Below, one piece after another: positions 21,194-30,641 of a stretch of 64,000 nt of DNA. Position 1 is the first letter of the stretch. The number at the start of each line of letters is the position of its first letter. The notes below the pieces were generated by a model. The model saw only the letters and a list, made by a program, of their open reading frames with translations, made no database searches and was not told the origin of the DNA. A program made the position numbers and the translations under genes. The DNA is from an uncultured Acidobacteriota bacterium (GTDB lineage: Bacteria > Acidobacteriota > UBA6911): positions 288,001 through 352,000 of the forward strand of contig CAWJKZ010000010.1 of the NCBI GenBank assembly GCA_963843575.1, in the 5' to 3' direction.

Positions 21194-21223
21194 ACCATAC
21201 GCGGCATCGCCGGGCGCTGTCAA
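21194..21223 (-). promoter_or_regulatory. sigma70 promoter of vapBC, probably leaderless
   Basis: TTGACA-18-TATGGT, 7 nt before ATG; near-palindrome TATGGTTAGCCATA overlaps the -10. Confidence 0.7.
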
Positions 21224-21340
21224 CCGCGGCTCAAGCGCAGCGCAAACCCAGCATGGCTCGTATCAGCCCGTGGCGCGGCGCGGGGAGCGGTGCACAGGGT
21301 CGGCGCAACCGCCGCCGGGGCAAGCCAGACCGCGCGGGTT

Positions 21341-22969
21341 TCACGCTTCGCTGGCGAGGGCCGGGGTGACGCGGCGGGCGGCTACATTGGACTCCTGCCA
21401 CCGGTAGCGCATCAGGTTCCGCCCCGGCTGACGGACGTCGTCGAGTAAGCGAATCCGGGCCCACTCCACGACAGCCATGGCCGTCACCGCCGCGGAAGCC
21501 GTGAGCTCCTTAGCAGAACGCCTCCCGAACAGGTTCAGGTATTCGGATTCGAGCCGTTCGGCCAGCTCCGCGGTCACGCGGTTGGCCGCGAGAAGCCTTG
21601 CGGCAGGAAGAAACAGCCGCATCTGCCTCGTCAGCACGAAACTGTCGGCTCGCCGCCTCACGCGCGGGTCGGAGTGCCCCGACGCATACCGGTAACCACG
21701 CAGCATCGTGTCGATGGCGCGCAGCAGCGACGCCCCGTTGCGCCGGTAGTCGCGCTCGAAGGCGGCCTTCAGGAGCCCGCGCGACTCCTCACGGGCAAAC
21801 TCCGGGTGCCGGAACCAGATCTTGTCCTGGCCGTGCTGTTCGGAGTAGGGCACGTTGGTGAGGATCTTGCCCTCCCGGAGATAGGCGTCGTGCAGGGCCG
21901 TCCCCGGCATCGGTCCCAGCTGCATGAACTGCAGGTAGTCCGGCTCCAGTGAGACGGCGAAGTCGATGTCCTCCCAGATGCTCTGCGGGTTGTGGTGTTC
22001 CAGAAAGAGGATTGCCGAAGCCATGACGCTGATGCCGCGGCGCCGGAGCTCGCGCACGACCTCGTGAAAGTCGGTCCCGCGGTTCTTGGCATAGGCGTCG
22101 CGTTTCGATTCGACCCCGATCCAGACGAACTGGACGCCGAGCCGGACGAGGGCGTCGAGGTCGCCCAGACTTTTCAAAGTCTCGGCCGAACTGAAGATGC
22201 CGAAGGTGTAAAGCTTGTCCTCCCGCTCGATCCACTCGAGCAGCTCGAGCGCGCGGTCGCGGCTCTTGAGGAAATTCTCGTCGAGCACGCCAAAATCGGT
22301 CACGCCGTGGCGCTCCTCGTACCGGCGGCAAACCTCGAACATCTCGCGTCCGGTGGAGAGGAACGGCTTGTAGTCGCCGAAGAAATGGGTAGTGCAGCAA
22401 AAGCGGCACTTGTTGGGGCACCCCACGCCGGGCAGGAGCACCCCGGAGGATTGGGGGAGCGGCACTCCCATGAGCTTGCGGTTGAAGGAGCTGTGCAGGA
22501 GCGGGTGTCGCACGGGAACGTCTACTTCCTCTCCGAACAGCCGGCGCAGAAATGCCACGCCCTCGCCCCTGCAGATGTAGTCGTGCGGGACCAATCGCTC
22601 GATGCCGGGCACGCTCACCCCGTGCCCGCCCAGGATGATCTTCGTGCCCGGACATACCTCGCGCACGATCTCGGCCATTTTTTTCGCCTTGGCGACATTC
22701 GGCACGATGAAGCTGATGCCCACGTAGTCGTATCCTTTGCGGATCTCCCTCCTGAATTCGTCGAGGCTGGGGAAGTCGAGTACCGTGGCAGGCACGCGGA
22801 CGTTCTCGGCCATGAGGTATAGGCCGAAACTGTGGTGGTTGAAGCGATAAGAAAAAACCCCCTGCTCGCGCGTGACCTGGTTATGAAAGAGCTCCATCTT
22901 GTTCTCTTTCCTGCCAAACGAATCATCGACGGCAAAGGGCCCGAACACGGATGACAACAGCAATCTCAT
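21341..22969 (-). CDS. B12-binding radical SAM protein
   Basis: YDYVGISF...IILGGHG cobalamin domain; GCPNKCRFC; DENF; IGVES; PMPGT. Confidence 0.9.
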   Translation of the reverse strand: MRLLLSSVFGPFAVDDSFGRKENKMELFHNQVTREQGVFSYRFNHHSFGLYLMAENVRVPATVLDFPSLDEFRREIRKGYDYVGISFIVPNVAKAKKMAEIVREVCPGTKIILGGHGVSVPGIERLVPHDYICRGEGVAFLRRLFGEEVDVPVRHPLLHSSFNRKLMGVPLPQSSGVLLPGVGCPNKCRFCCTTHFFGDYKPFLSTGREMFEVCRRYEERHGVTDFGVLDENFLKSRDRALELLEWIEREDKLYTFGIFSSAETLKSLGDLDALVRLGVQFVWIGVESKRDAYAKNRGTDFHEVVRELRRRGISVMASAILFLEHHNPQSIWEDIDFAVSLEPDYLQFMQLGPMPGTALHDAYLREGKILTNVPYSEQHGQDKIWFRHPEFAREESRGLLKAAFERDYRRNGASLLRAIDTMLRGYRYASGHSDPRVRRRADSFVLTRQMRLFLPAARLLAANRVTAELAERLESEYLNLFGRRSAKELTASAAVTAMAVVEWARIRLLDDVRQPGRNLMRYRWQESNVAARRVTPALASEA

Positions 22970-23138
22970 GAAAACTCCCCAATGGTGAAAAGCGGTCATT
23001 CTAGCCGCTTTCCCGGCTTTGCTTTGTAAACCTATGGTAAAAGCCTGGGATTAAGGGGTGAGGGGCCGAGCCTGGCAATCGGTGCTGGCCATGGCCAGAG
23101 GCTTCTGCCTGACCGACCTGGCGCGACCGACTGCGCCG

Positions 23139-24179
23139 CTATGGCACTGAACTCTTTCTTTCCGACAGAGCGCTGGGCCCCTTCCACGCCGTCGTGCCGA
23201 TGGAACCGGGGGCCGATACGGTGATTTGCCCCTCGGTGAGGCGGACGACGCGCCAGTTTTGGGGATCCACCTGCAGGTTGCCCGTTTGAATCTGCGTGAT
23301 CCGGTGGCCTGCTGGGAAAGGGATGTCCTCTATCACGTTGCGATGCTGGTGCCCGACAAAGAGGGCCGCCACGGAAGGGTTTTCGTTCAGGGTTTTCATG
23401 AGTCCGCGCTGGTAGGCATCGGGGAACGGCCAACCTGCAGGCGGCGCATTGAACCGGATGCCGTCGCCGTTGGTGTCCTGGACCGTAAGCGGGATGTGCA
23501 TGAAGATCAGGTTCGTTTCGCCCTTCCCGTGCACGAGCTGCCAGTTGAGCCAGGCGAGTTGCGCTTTGTCCGCCAGATCGCCCGGGACGTCCGCCTCATA
23601 GGCGTTGTCGAGGAAGATCAGCCGGTAGGTCGTCTTCCCAACCCGGCGGATAAGGCTATACCACGTGCCGTTTTCAAAACCGCGCACGTTTCTGATCCAG
23701 GACGCGCGGGCTTGCTGCGCGTTGTGCTGCCCGGTCATGAACTCGGTCCCTTCGAACCAGTAGCTGCTAAGGTCGTGGTTGCCCACGGCCAGCCAAAGCG
23801 GTATCGGGCTGGATCGGACCGCTTGCGCGAAGGCTTCCACCTTTCCAGAGCGCATGGCTCCGTCGCCCCGCTGAGCTTCATAGAAGTCGAGAAGGTCTCC
23901 GGTGATCACCACCGCATCGGCTTGCGCTTTCGCGGGAACGGAATCGAGGAATCCTCGCAACGTCGCCGGGCCCTTCCCGTAGTGTGTGCGCTTTTCGACG
24001 AAGCGGCTGTCGAGTCCGGCCAGGTCGCACACATGTATGTCCGAGATATGAACCAGGGTCAGCGCCGCGGCACTTTGCGGCTCCTGGCCGGCACCGGCCG
24101 CCGTGGACGGGACAATGCAAGGGGAAAGGATGCTGATCCCGCACAAAAACAGGCTGGCGTTGCGGTTCACTCGCAGCAT
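23139..24179 (-). CDS. Calcineurin-like metallophosphoesterase, exported
   Basis: HISDIH, TGDL, GNHD, MHIP, GHQH. Confidence 0.9.
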   Translation of the reverse strand: MLRVNRNASLFLCGISILSPCIVPSTAAGAGQEPQSAAALTLVHISDIHVCDLAGLDSRFVEKRTHYGKGPATLRGFLDSVPAKAQADAVVITGDLLDFYEAQRGDGAMRSGKVEAFAQAVRSSPIPLWLAVGNHDLSSYWFEGTEFMTGQHNAQQARASWIRNVRGFENGTWYSLIRRVGKTTYRLIFLDNAYEADVPGDLADKAQLAWLNWQLVHGKGETNLIFMHIPLTVQDTNGDGIRFNAPPAGWPFPDAYQRGLMKTLNENPSVAALFVGHQHRNVIEDIPFPAGHRITQIQTGNLQVDPQNWRVVRLTEGQITVSAPGSIGTTAWKGPSALSERKSSVP

Positions 24180-24336
24180 GAGACATCTCCCGTGAATTCG
24201 AGATGGGGCGCCGGCATTATATCCGCCCGCCCCGCTGACAACTGACGCAAAAATCGGCGCCGCACCGTCCTCTCCCGCAAATCTCCGGTTCCGCGAATGT
24301 CCGGCAGATACGGGGGTCTGCTGCACCTCGCCCCCA

Positions 24337-24352
24337 TGGCATGCGTCTTGCT
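24337..24352 (+). promoter_or_regulatory. sigma54 (-24/-12) promoter
   Basis: TGGCAT-GCGTC-TTGCT, 37 nt upstream of OMP start. Confidence 0.7.
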
Positions 24353-24388
24353 GTAAGGATGTCGCGTCAGTCAGGGAGGCGCATCGTC

Positions 24389-24946
24389 ATGAGAGCGAGT
24401 ACGTTTGCAGTCACCATCCTGGCGCTGATGGCCTTGTTCTTCGAGCCGGCAGGTCTTCCGGCCCAGTCGCGCCAGGAGATCAGCCTGGCCGCCGGCGGCG
24501 GGGGGTTCCTGTCGGAAGAAAACGACCACGCGTCACCCGTGTTCAGCTTCGCCTACCGGCTTCATGCCACGGATCACCTTGCGGCGGAGGGGGCCTTGGA
24601 CTTCTTCACCTACACCTTTCCGGTCGGGCCTCCTGATCAGCCATCCGAGTACGCGGACGGCTACTCGGGTGCGGAAATAGCCGTCCTGTACCACTTCCGC
24701 AACGGCCGGCAGGCGCGAAGGTGGATCCCCTTTGCCGCCATCGGCGTGGGGAGGACCACGACCGATTTCACCGAGATCCGCGGCATCACCTACTATCGTC
24801 TTGGCGGGGGAGTTTCATACAACTTCAGCGACCGATTCGGTTTTCGTCTTGAAGTCCGCGATGAGGCGATCAGGGACCTGCCGGGAAGCCCCCGGGCCAC
24901 CGCAAATCTCCCGAGTATCCGATGCGGGCTCGCCTTCCGGTTTTGA
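24389..24946 (+). CDS. Small outer-membrane beta-barrel protein
   Basis: Signal peptide, amphipathic strands, GGGVSYNF, C-terminal FRF. Confidence 0.75.
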   Translation: MRASTFAVTILALMALFFEPAGLPAQSRQEISLAAGGGGFLSEENDHASPVFSFAYRLHATDHLAAEGALDFFTYTFPVGPPDQPSEYADGYSGAEIAVLYHFRNGRQARRWIPFAAIGVGRTTTDFTEIRGITYYRLGGGVSYNFSDRFGFRLEVRDEAIRDLPGSPRATANLPSIRCGLAFRF

Positions 24947-25099
24947 CCTGGCAGGCGATGGCGGATTCTCCGGGAGCTCAGAAGAACTGCGCCGTGGACC
25001 TCTCCCGAGAGCGGCCCATCCCGATTTCTTTGGTGCCTCCGGGCTCCCGGTTCGGCGATAATCCGGATACCGTATGTGATTCCTCATGAGGACAATGCC

Positions 25100-26764
25100 A
25101 TGCCGAAGGGATCCGCACCCCTGATCGCCGCAGCAGCGGCGGCAATCATCGTCGTGTTCAACACTGACACCTTGCCTCAGCAGCAGCGCGCGCTGCTGGT
25201 CAGGATCGAGAGGGAACAGCAGAGTCCGGTGGACCCCAGACTGCTGCCCGCCATCAGGGTCGTACAGCAACTCCAGACCTGCGCGATTGTCGAGATCTCT
25301 GCCGATCTGGCACCGCAGTTGCGTGACGGGGGGATTCACTTCGATATCCTCGACAGCGATCCCGCAGAGAAGCCCTATTATCTCGTCTACCCGCCCAATC
25401 CCGACGAAGATGAACTTCTGACGGGGATGGGCAGCATCCGCCTCATTGAAAAGGGAATCTTCCTCTTCTGGTCCGATTCCGAGGACGTGCGCGAGATACT
25501 GCCCCCGGGTTATCGGATCAAACGGCTCCCTTCTCCTACCGGCCTGGCGCTGGAAATCGGGATTTCACGGTCGGGGCCTCCGGAGCCTCGCGCGCAAGAG
25601 CTGTATGGGGCGCCGCTCCCAGATGCGACGATCGGGCAAATGGTGCAGGAGGTCTCAAAGGACAATCTCACCGGACACATCCTCAACCTGCAGAACTTTG
25701 GCACCCGCTCCGCCTCGTCCGAAGGCTGTGTTTCTGCCGGAACCTACATCTATGACTTCTTGGTCAACCTGGGCCTGCAAACGGAACATGATCCCTTCAA
25801 CTTCGGCTCCGGTCACTCGTCGCAGAACATCGTGGCCACCCTTCCGGGGAAAACGTCTCCTGAGTCCGTCGTAATCGTGTGCGCCCACTATGATTCAACC
25901 AGTGGCCAAGCGGCCACGTTGGCTCCGGGCGCGGACGACAACGCGAGCGGAACCGCGGTGGTACTGGAGTTGGCCAGGGTCCTCCACACTTACTCCTTTG
26001 ATTTCACGGTGACGTTCATCGCTTTCTCCGCGGAGGAGTGGGGCCTGTGGGGCAGCAGGCATTACGCGCAAAAGGCTAAACAGTCAGGCGCAAAGATTCT
26101 CGCGGTGATCAACCTAGACATGATCGCCTACGCCGATTCCGTGCCCGAGGATCTCGACATCGTCGCCAACCCGGCTTCGGAGTGGCTTGCCGACCGGCTG
26201 GTGGCATCGTCCGGCACCTACGCGCCAATGGATTTGTTCAAGAGGATCAATGCTTCCATTACCGCCAGCGACCACTCCCCCTTCTGGGACCAGGGCTACA
26301 GTGCCCTCCTTGCCATTGAAGACGCGCCACCTACAAATCCGCACTATCACAAATTGACCGACACCCTTGACACACTCAATCAGGATTTCCTGGTTGCGTC
26401 GGCGAGGGCCTCGGCGGCGGTTATCGGCGACCTGGCCCAGCCGGAACGCACACCGGCCGCTCCGCCGACGCTGGATGTCCGGAGCCAGTTTCACCGGTCT
26501 CTATTCGCGCGCTTCAAGACTGTCAAGCTGACATGGGAGGCAAGTCGCAACCCAGTCGTCGGATACAACGTATACCGGTCTGTCGCACGACGCGGCGACT
26601 ACCGTCAGATCGCCAGCTCCACGGGTGACCGCCTCTACTATCTGGATCGTTTTCTCGATCCCGACGCTTCCTTTTTCTACGTGGTAACAGCGGTGGACTA
26701 TCTGGGGCGCGAGAGCAATTTTTCGATCGAGGCACACGAGGATGCGGACAACAACACCAGGTAG
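25100..26764 (+). CDS. M28 family metallopeptidase with C-terminal FN3-like domain
   Basis: AHYDS, GADDNASG, AEEWGL, NLDM, SDH, YH; GYNVYRS...YVVTAVD. Confidence 0.9.
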   Translation: MPKGSAPLIAAAAAAIIVVFNTDTLPQQQRALLVRIEREQQSPVDPRLLPAIRVVQQLQTCAIVEISADLAPQLRDGGIHFDILDSDPAEKPYYLVYPPNPDEDELLTGMGSIRLIEKGIFLFWSDSEDVREILPPGYRIKRLPSPTGLALEIGISRSGPPEPRAQELYGAPLPDATIGQMVQEVSKDNLTGHILNLQNFGTRSASSEGCVSAGTYIYDFLVNLGLQTEHDPFNFGSGHSSQNIVATLPGKTSPESVVIVCAHYDSTSGQAATLAPGADDNASGTAVVLELARVLHTYSFDFTVTFIAFSAEEWGLWGSRHYAQKAKQSGAKILAVINLDMIAYADSVPEDLDIVANPASEWLADRLVASSGTYAPMDLFKRINASITASDHSPFWDQGYSALLAIEDAPPTNPHYHKLTDTLDTLNQDFLVASARASAAVIGDLAQPERTPAAPPTLDVRSQFHRSLFARFKTVKLTWEASRNPVVGYNVYRSVARRGDYRQIASSTGDRLYYLDRFLDPDASFFYVVTAVDYLGRESNFSIEAHEDADNNTR

Positions 26765-27377
26765 GTGCAAGTCGATCCGACTCTCGGCTACTGCATTCGT
26801 TCTGATTGCTGCTGGACCGCTGCCGGCCCAGACGCGAGCGGATGTGCCGCGCCTCGCGGTCTCCGCGACAGCCGGATTCGGTCGCTCCCTGAACGGGCAG
26901 TTCCGGGATAATTATGGCGGCGTCCAGATGCCCTTGTCGGTGCAGGTGGATCTCCGGCTGTTCCAACGAATCTCCGTGTTTTCGGCGTTCCGCCGTGTAA
27001 GAACCAAAGGTCAAACGACCATCGAAGAACCCAACTTTGCGGAGGATGCGCTACCGCTCACATTCCGGATGCATTCGGCAAAATTCGGCGGCACCGTTGG
27101 TGGGCAACTCGGCCGAGTCACTCTCCAGGCCGGAGGAGGCGTAAGCGGCAACTGGTACAAGGAAGAAGTCGGTGTCCTAGACCTCTCCCTCAGGGGAAGG
27201 AATGTCGGGCTCCTCGCGCAAGTAGCCGCCAGCTACCCTCTCAACCGGAGGCTGTCGCTGCAGGGGCGATTCGAATTCACGTCGATTCCCTCAAGAACCG
27301 ATCCTGGAACCGGGATAGACATCAACCTGGGGGGGATCGAACTCGCGTGCGGTCTGCTGTTCAAGTTGTTTCCCTGA
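26742..27377 (+). CDS. Small outer-membrane beta-barrel protein
   Basis: Signal peptide and alternating strands; overlaps peptidase stop. Confidence 0.6.
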   Translation: MRTTTPGRCKSIRLSATAFVLIAAGPLPAQTRADVPRLAVSATAGFGRSLNGQFRDNYGGVQMPLSVQVDLRLFQRISVFSAFRRVRTKGQTTIEEPNFAEDALPLTFRMHSAKFGGTVGGQLGRVTLQAGGGVSGNWYKEEVGVLDLSLRGRNVGLLAQVAASYPLNRRLSLQGRFEFTSIPSRTDPGTGIDINLGGIELACGLLFKLFP

Positions 27378-27512
27378 TTGAGACGGGTCCCAGCGCTCAC
27401 CCGCAACAGTCCTGCATCTCAATTTGCATCATCAATGGCGTTCGATTTTTTTGATTTACTCCAAAAGGGAGATTGCAGCCATACTACAAGCATCGATAGG
27501 AGATCCCCAACC

Positions 27513-28337
27513 ATGCGTCGGTTTCTTCCTGCGTCGATGGTTATCCTGCTGTGTGTCCAGGTCACGGTGACCGGCAACGCGCAAAACCAGTTCAGAGTCG
27601 TGCTCATTTCCGGCTGCAACGAATACTTCTCCGACATCTCATTGACAAGTTACAGAGAATACCTTGAAAAAAGCGAAGGGGCGCAGGCCACGCTGCTGAA
27701 AGCGGGCGGTCCTCTCAACTCCAGGGATGAATACTCCGAACTTCCCGGTGTGGAGGCACTCGCCAATGCCGATGTCGCTTTGCTTTTTCTCCGCAGGACG
27801 ACGATTTCCGGAGATGCGCTCGAAAAAATAAAGGAGTACACCGGTTCCGGCAAGGGCGTCGTCGCGCTGCGGACTTCCAGCCACGGCCTTCAAAACTGGC
27901 TGGAATTCGATAAAGAGGTCCTGGGAGGAAATTACAGCGGGCACTACGACGGCAGCCCGGAGACCAGGGGGATGGACGCCCGTCAAACTCGCTATCCGGT
28001 CGGACAACCCACTGGTCCGACACTGGAGGCCCGCATCGTGAAGGGCCAGGAAAGCCATCCCATCCTGGCGGGGATCGCCGATTTCCGGTCCCGGTACAGT
28101 CTGTACAAGACCTCACCCGTAGCGGAGAATGCCCGGGTTTTGATAACCGGCCAGATACCGGATCAAAAGACCGAGCCGCTGGTCTGGATCCGCGATCACA
28201 AGGGAGGCCGTGTGGTGTACATCGGCCTCGGCGGATTGCAGGATTGGGAGAATGCTACATTTCGGCGCCTCGTGACAAACGCGGTTTTCTGGGCGGGCAG
28301 GCGGGGCCCTTCCAACCGATTTCAGTATCAAAACTAA
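27513..28337 (+). CDS. ThuA-like domain protein, exported
   Basis: RTSSH, LGGNYSGH, HPIL, PLVW.R..GGRVVY..LG, LVTNAVFWA. Confidence 0.85.
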   Translation: MRRFLPASMVILLCVQVTVTGNAQNQFRVVLISGCNEYFSDISLTSYREYLEKSEGAQATLLKAGGPLNSRDEYSELPGVEALANADVALLFLRRTTISGDALEKIKEYTGSGKGVVALRTSSHGLQNWLEFDKEVLGGNYSGHYDGSPETRGMDARQTRYPVGQPTGPTLEARIVKGQESHPILAGIADFRSRYSLYKTSPVAENARVLITGQIPDQKTEPLVWIRDHKGGRVVYIGLGGLQDWENATFRRLVTNAVFWAGRRGPSNRFQYQN

Positions 28338-28421
28338 TGCCCTCGGGATTAAACTGATTTCACTTGTCTGATGCGCAGCTGACCTGCACCTTCCGCAGCC
28401 CGATTGGAGGATGGATTCCTC

Positions 28422-28592
28422 ATGATCGGCGAGACCCTCGGGCATTACGAAATCACGGAAAAGCTCGGCGAAGGCGGTATGGGCGACGTCTACAAGGCCC
28501 ACGACACCCACCCCGACCGCTTCGCCGCCATAAAGGTCCTTCCCCCCGAGAAGGTATCGGGCCTTCGTCCTTTCAAGGGCATGGGGAGGTAG
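28422..28592 (+). pseudogene. N-terminal fragment of a Ser/Thr protein kinase
   Basis: [28 protein letters not shown]...AIKVL, then stop. Confidence 0.85.
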
Positions 28593-28596
28593 GTCC

Positions 28597-29127
28597 ATGG
28601 GACTGTGTCGAATGCACCAAGCGGCTTCAGCTTTCCTTTGCCTCGTACTCGTGTCGAGTGAACTGCGTGCTCACGCAGACGTCATTCCCGGAAGATGGGA
28701 CATGGTGGATTTGCAAGCGCCCGGGACCGATCTCACTGTCAAACTCAAGGCAGGGGATCGGATCGAGTGCGTCCTTAACAAGGCAAACCCTGGCGATATC
28801 GTTGTGTGCGATCGGCAGGGCGTCGAACGCAATATCCGCAAAACGGATATCGCGCGGGTGGAAACCGCCGGGCGTGCGACCCGTTCCGGGTGCCGAGGGG
28901 CGCTGATCGGCGCGGTGGCCGGAGCCGCGCCGATGGCTGCTTTGGGCGCCCTCGTGGGTCAAGGTTTTGGAGGAGGTGCGGGCGACACAGCGCAGGGAGC
29001 CGCAATATTGGGCGGGCTGGGCGCCGGGATTGGCGCTCTGGTGGGCTACGCAGTCGGGAGAGCACAGAAAAGCACCGAAACGCTCTATGTTGCCTCTGGC
29101 GGAGGGATCAGCCCCCCTCAGCGATAG
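28597..29127 (+). CDS. Hypothetical exported protein with glycine-zipper membrane segment
   Basis: GALIGAVAG...LGAGIGALVG. Confidence 0.65.
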   Translation: MGLCRMHQAASAFLCLVLVSSELRAHADVIPGRWDMVDLQAPGTDLTVKLKAGDRIECVLNKANPGDIVVCDRQGVERNIRKTDIARVETAGRATRSGCRGALIGAVAGAAPMAALGALVGQGFGGGAGDTAQGAAILGGLGAGIGALVGYAVGRAQKSTETLYVASGGGISPPQR

Positions 29128-29161
29128 GAAAGTGCAGAACACACATTCTCTCTCACCTTCT

Positions 29162-30319
29162 TTATATCCGAGCCATGCCGACTCTCGATTGCCTGAGGCG
29201 CGGCTCCCTCTGCACGTTTGAAAGGAGCGGGTCCCGCTGGAACCAATCCGCCCTCTCGTCTTCGGCCCGCACCGCGCGGTCCAGCCAATCCAGAGATTTG
29301 GTCTCGTCACCCAGGACGGCATAGAACTCGGCGACGTTTGATGCGACCATGATCAGCTCCCCGAATTTGAGCACCTCCAAATCCATTCCCCGCGCCGCGT
29401 CCGCACGCTTTCCTTCCACCGCCAGTTGAAGCGCCCACAGCAGCCGCGCCTGGTAATTCTGCGGCTCCAGGACTCGGGCCCTGGCCAACGCCTCACGCGC
29501 CCCAGCCAAATCGCCTTCAGTCTGGTATGCCATCGCCAAGGAGGCCAGCGCCAACATGTTCTTCGGATCTTGTTCCAGGACCTTCTGCTGCTCCCGAATC
29601 GAGCCCGCCGGGTCTCCCGTTTGCCGCAGGTTGTCGCCAAAGTTGACTCTCGCGGGGAAGAACATAGGGTTGGAATCGAGGAGCGGCTTGAGCAAGGCCT
29701 GGGATTCCGCGTACTCACCGTTCCACGTATGATAGAGCGCGAGAAAATTGGGGCCGTCCTTCTCGTTTGGATCGAGCTCGATAGCTCTCTTGGCCTCCAG
29801 CGCTGTGAGCTCCTTTCGCCCCTGATAGAAGTAGACCAGCGCCAGCGAAGCATGCGCCCGGGCCGATTGGGGATCGTCCTGCAAGGCGCGCCGCAACTCT
29901 TCCTCGGCTTTGTACAGCCAGGAAGTGTCGTTGGATTGACCGGCATCGATGAATAGGGCGTGGGTGAATCCGTACCAGGCCCGGGCGTGGGCGAACCGGG
30001 GATCCAGGTCGAGCGCCTTCTCGAGCATCTGCCTCGCCCGGGGCAGGTCCTGCTGGGTCTCCAAAAACAGCATCGCCCGCTGGAAATATTCGTTGGCTTC
30101 GGAAACCTTCGACGACGACGGGGCATAGCGGTGCTGCCCCTGCCATCGCAGAATTCCCACGAATGTTGCCGCGGCAAGTGTCAGCGCACCAGCGGTCGTC
30201 CACAACCAGCGGCGCCGCCTGATCGGCGGGGATGGCCGGGTTTCGGCTACCCGCGCGGGAGCCTCGATCATCTCGATCGCCGCCCTCACCTCTCCTCCGC
30301 GCTGGTGCCACCACGACAC
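29162..30319 (-). pseudogene. TM + TPR region of a kinase-TPR protein, kinase domain missing
   Basis: Begins with kinase-terminal-like HQRGGEVRAAIE; TM; TPRs (LEKALDLDPRFA, AIELDP); ends near DPLLSNV..EPR. Confidence 0.65.
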
Positions 30320-30453
30320 GATCCGCGAGCTCGACCCGCAGCTTCACACCCATGCCGTGGCCGCGGAACGCGTATTGTTCCCAAATGTTCCTAAATTCGA
30401 TAAAAGTCGAAGTATCGGGGAGCTTGTAAACTGATGGCGCTAAATGATTTAAG

Positions 30454-30529
30454 TGGAGGCGCCGAGCGGATTCGAACCGCTGCATAAAGGTTTTGCAGAC
30501 CTCTCCCTTAGCCACTTGGGTACGGCGCC
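30454..30529 (-). tRNA. tRNA-Cys(GCA)
   Basis: GGCGCCG acceptor stem, CTGCAAA anticodon loop, GGTTCGAATCC, encoded CCA. Confidence 0.97.
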
Positions 30530-30554
30530 TTAAAGGAGGACGGTGGCGAGCAAC

Positions 30555-30583
30555 ATTGTAGTCAACTTGCCGCTGAACCGCAA
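30555..30583 (-). promoter_or_regulatory. sigma70 promoter of tRNA-Cys
   Basis: TTGCGG-17-TACAAT. Confidence 0.65.
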
Positions 30584-30641
30584 GGTGTACGGGTCTTCGG
30601 AGTGTTTTGGGGGCGGGGGCGGGCCGTCCCCGCCCACCTCG

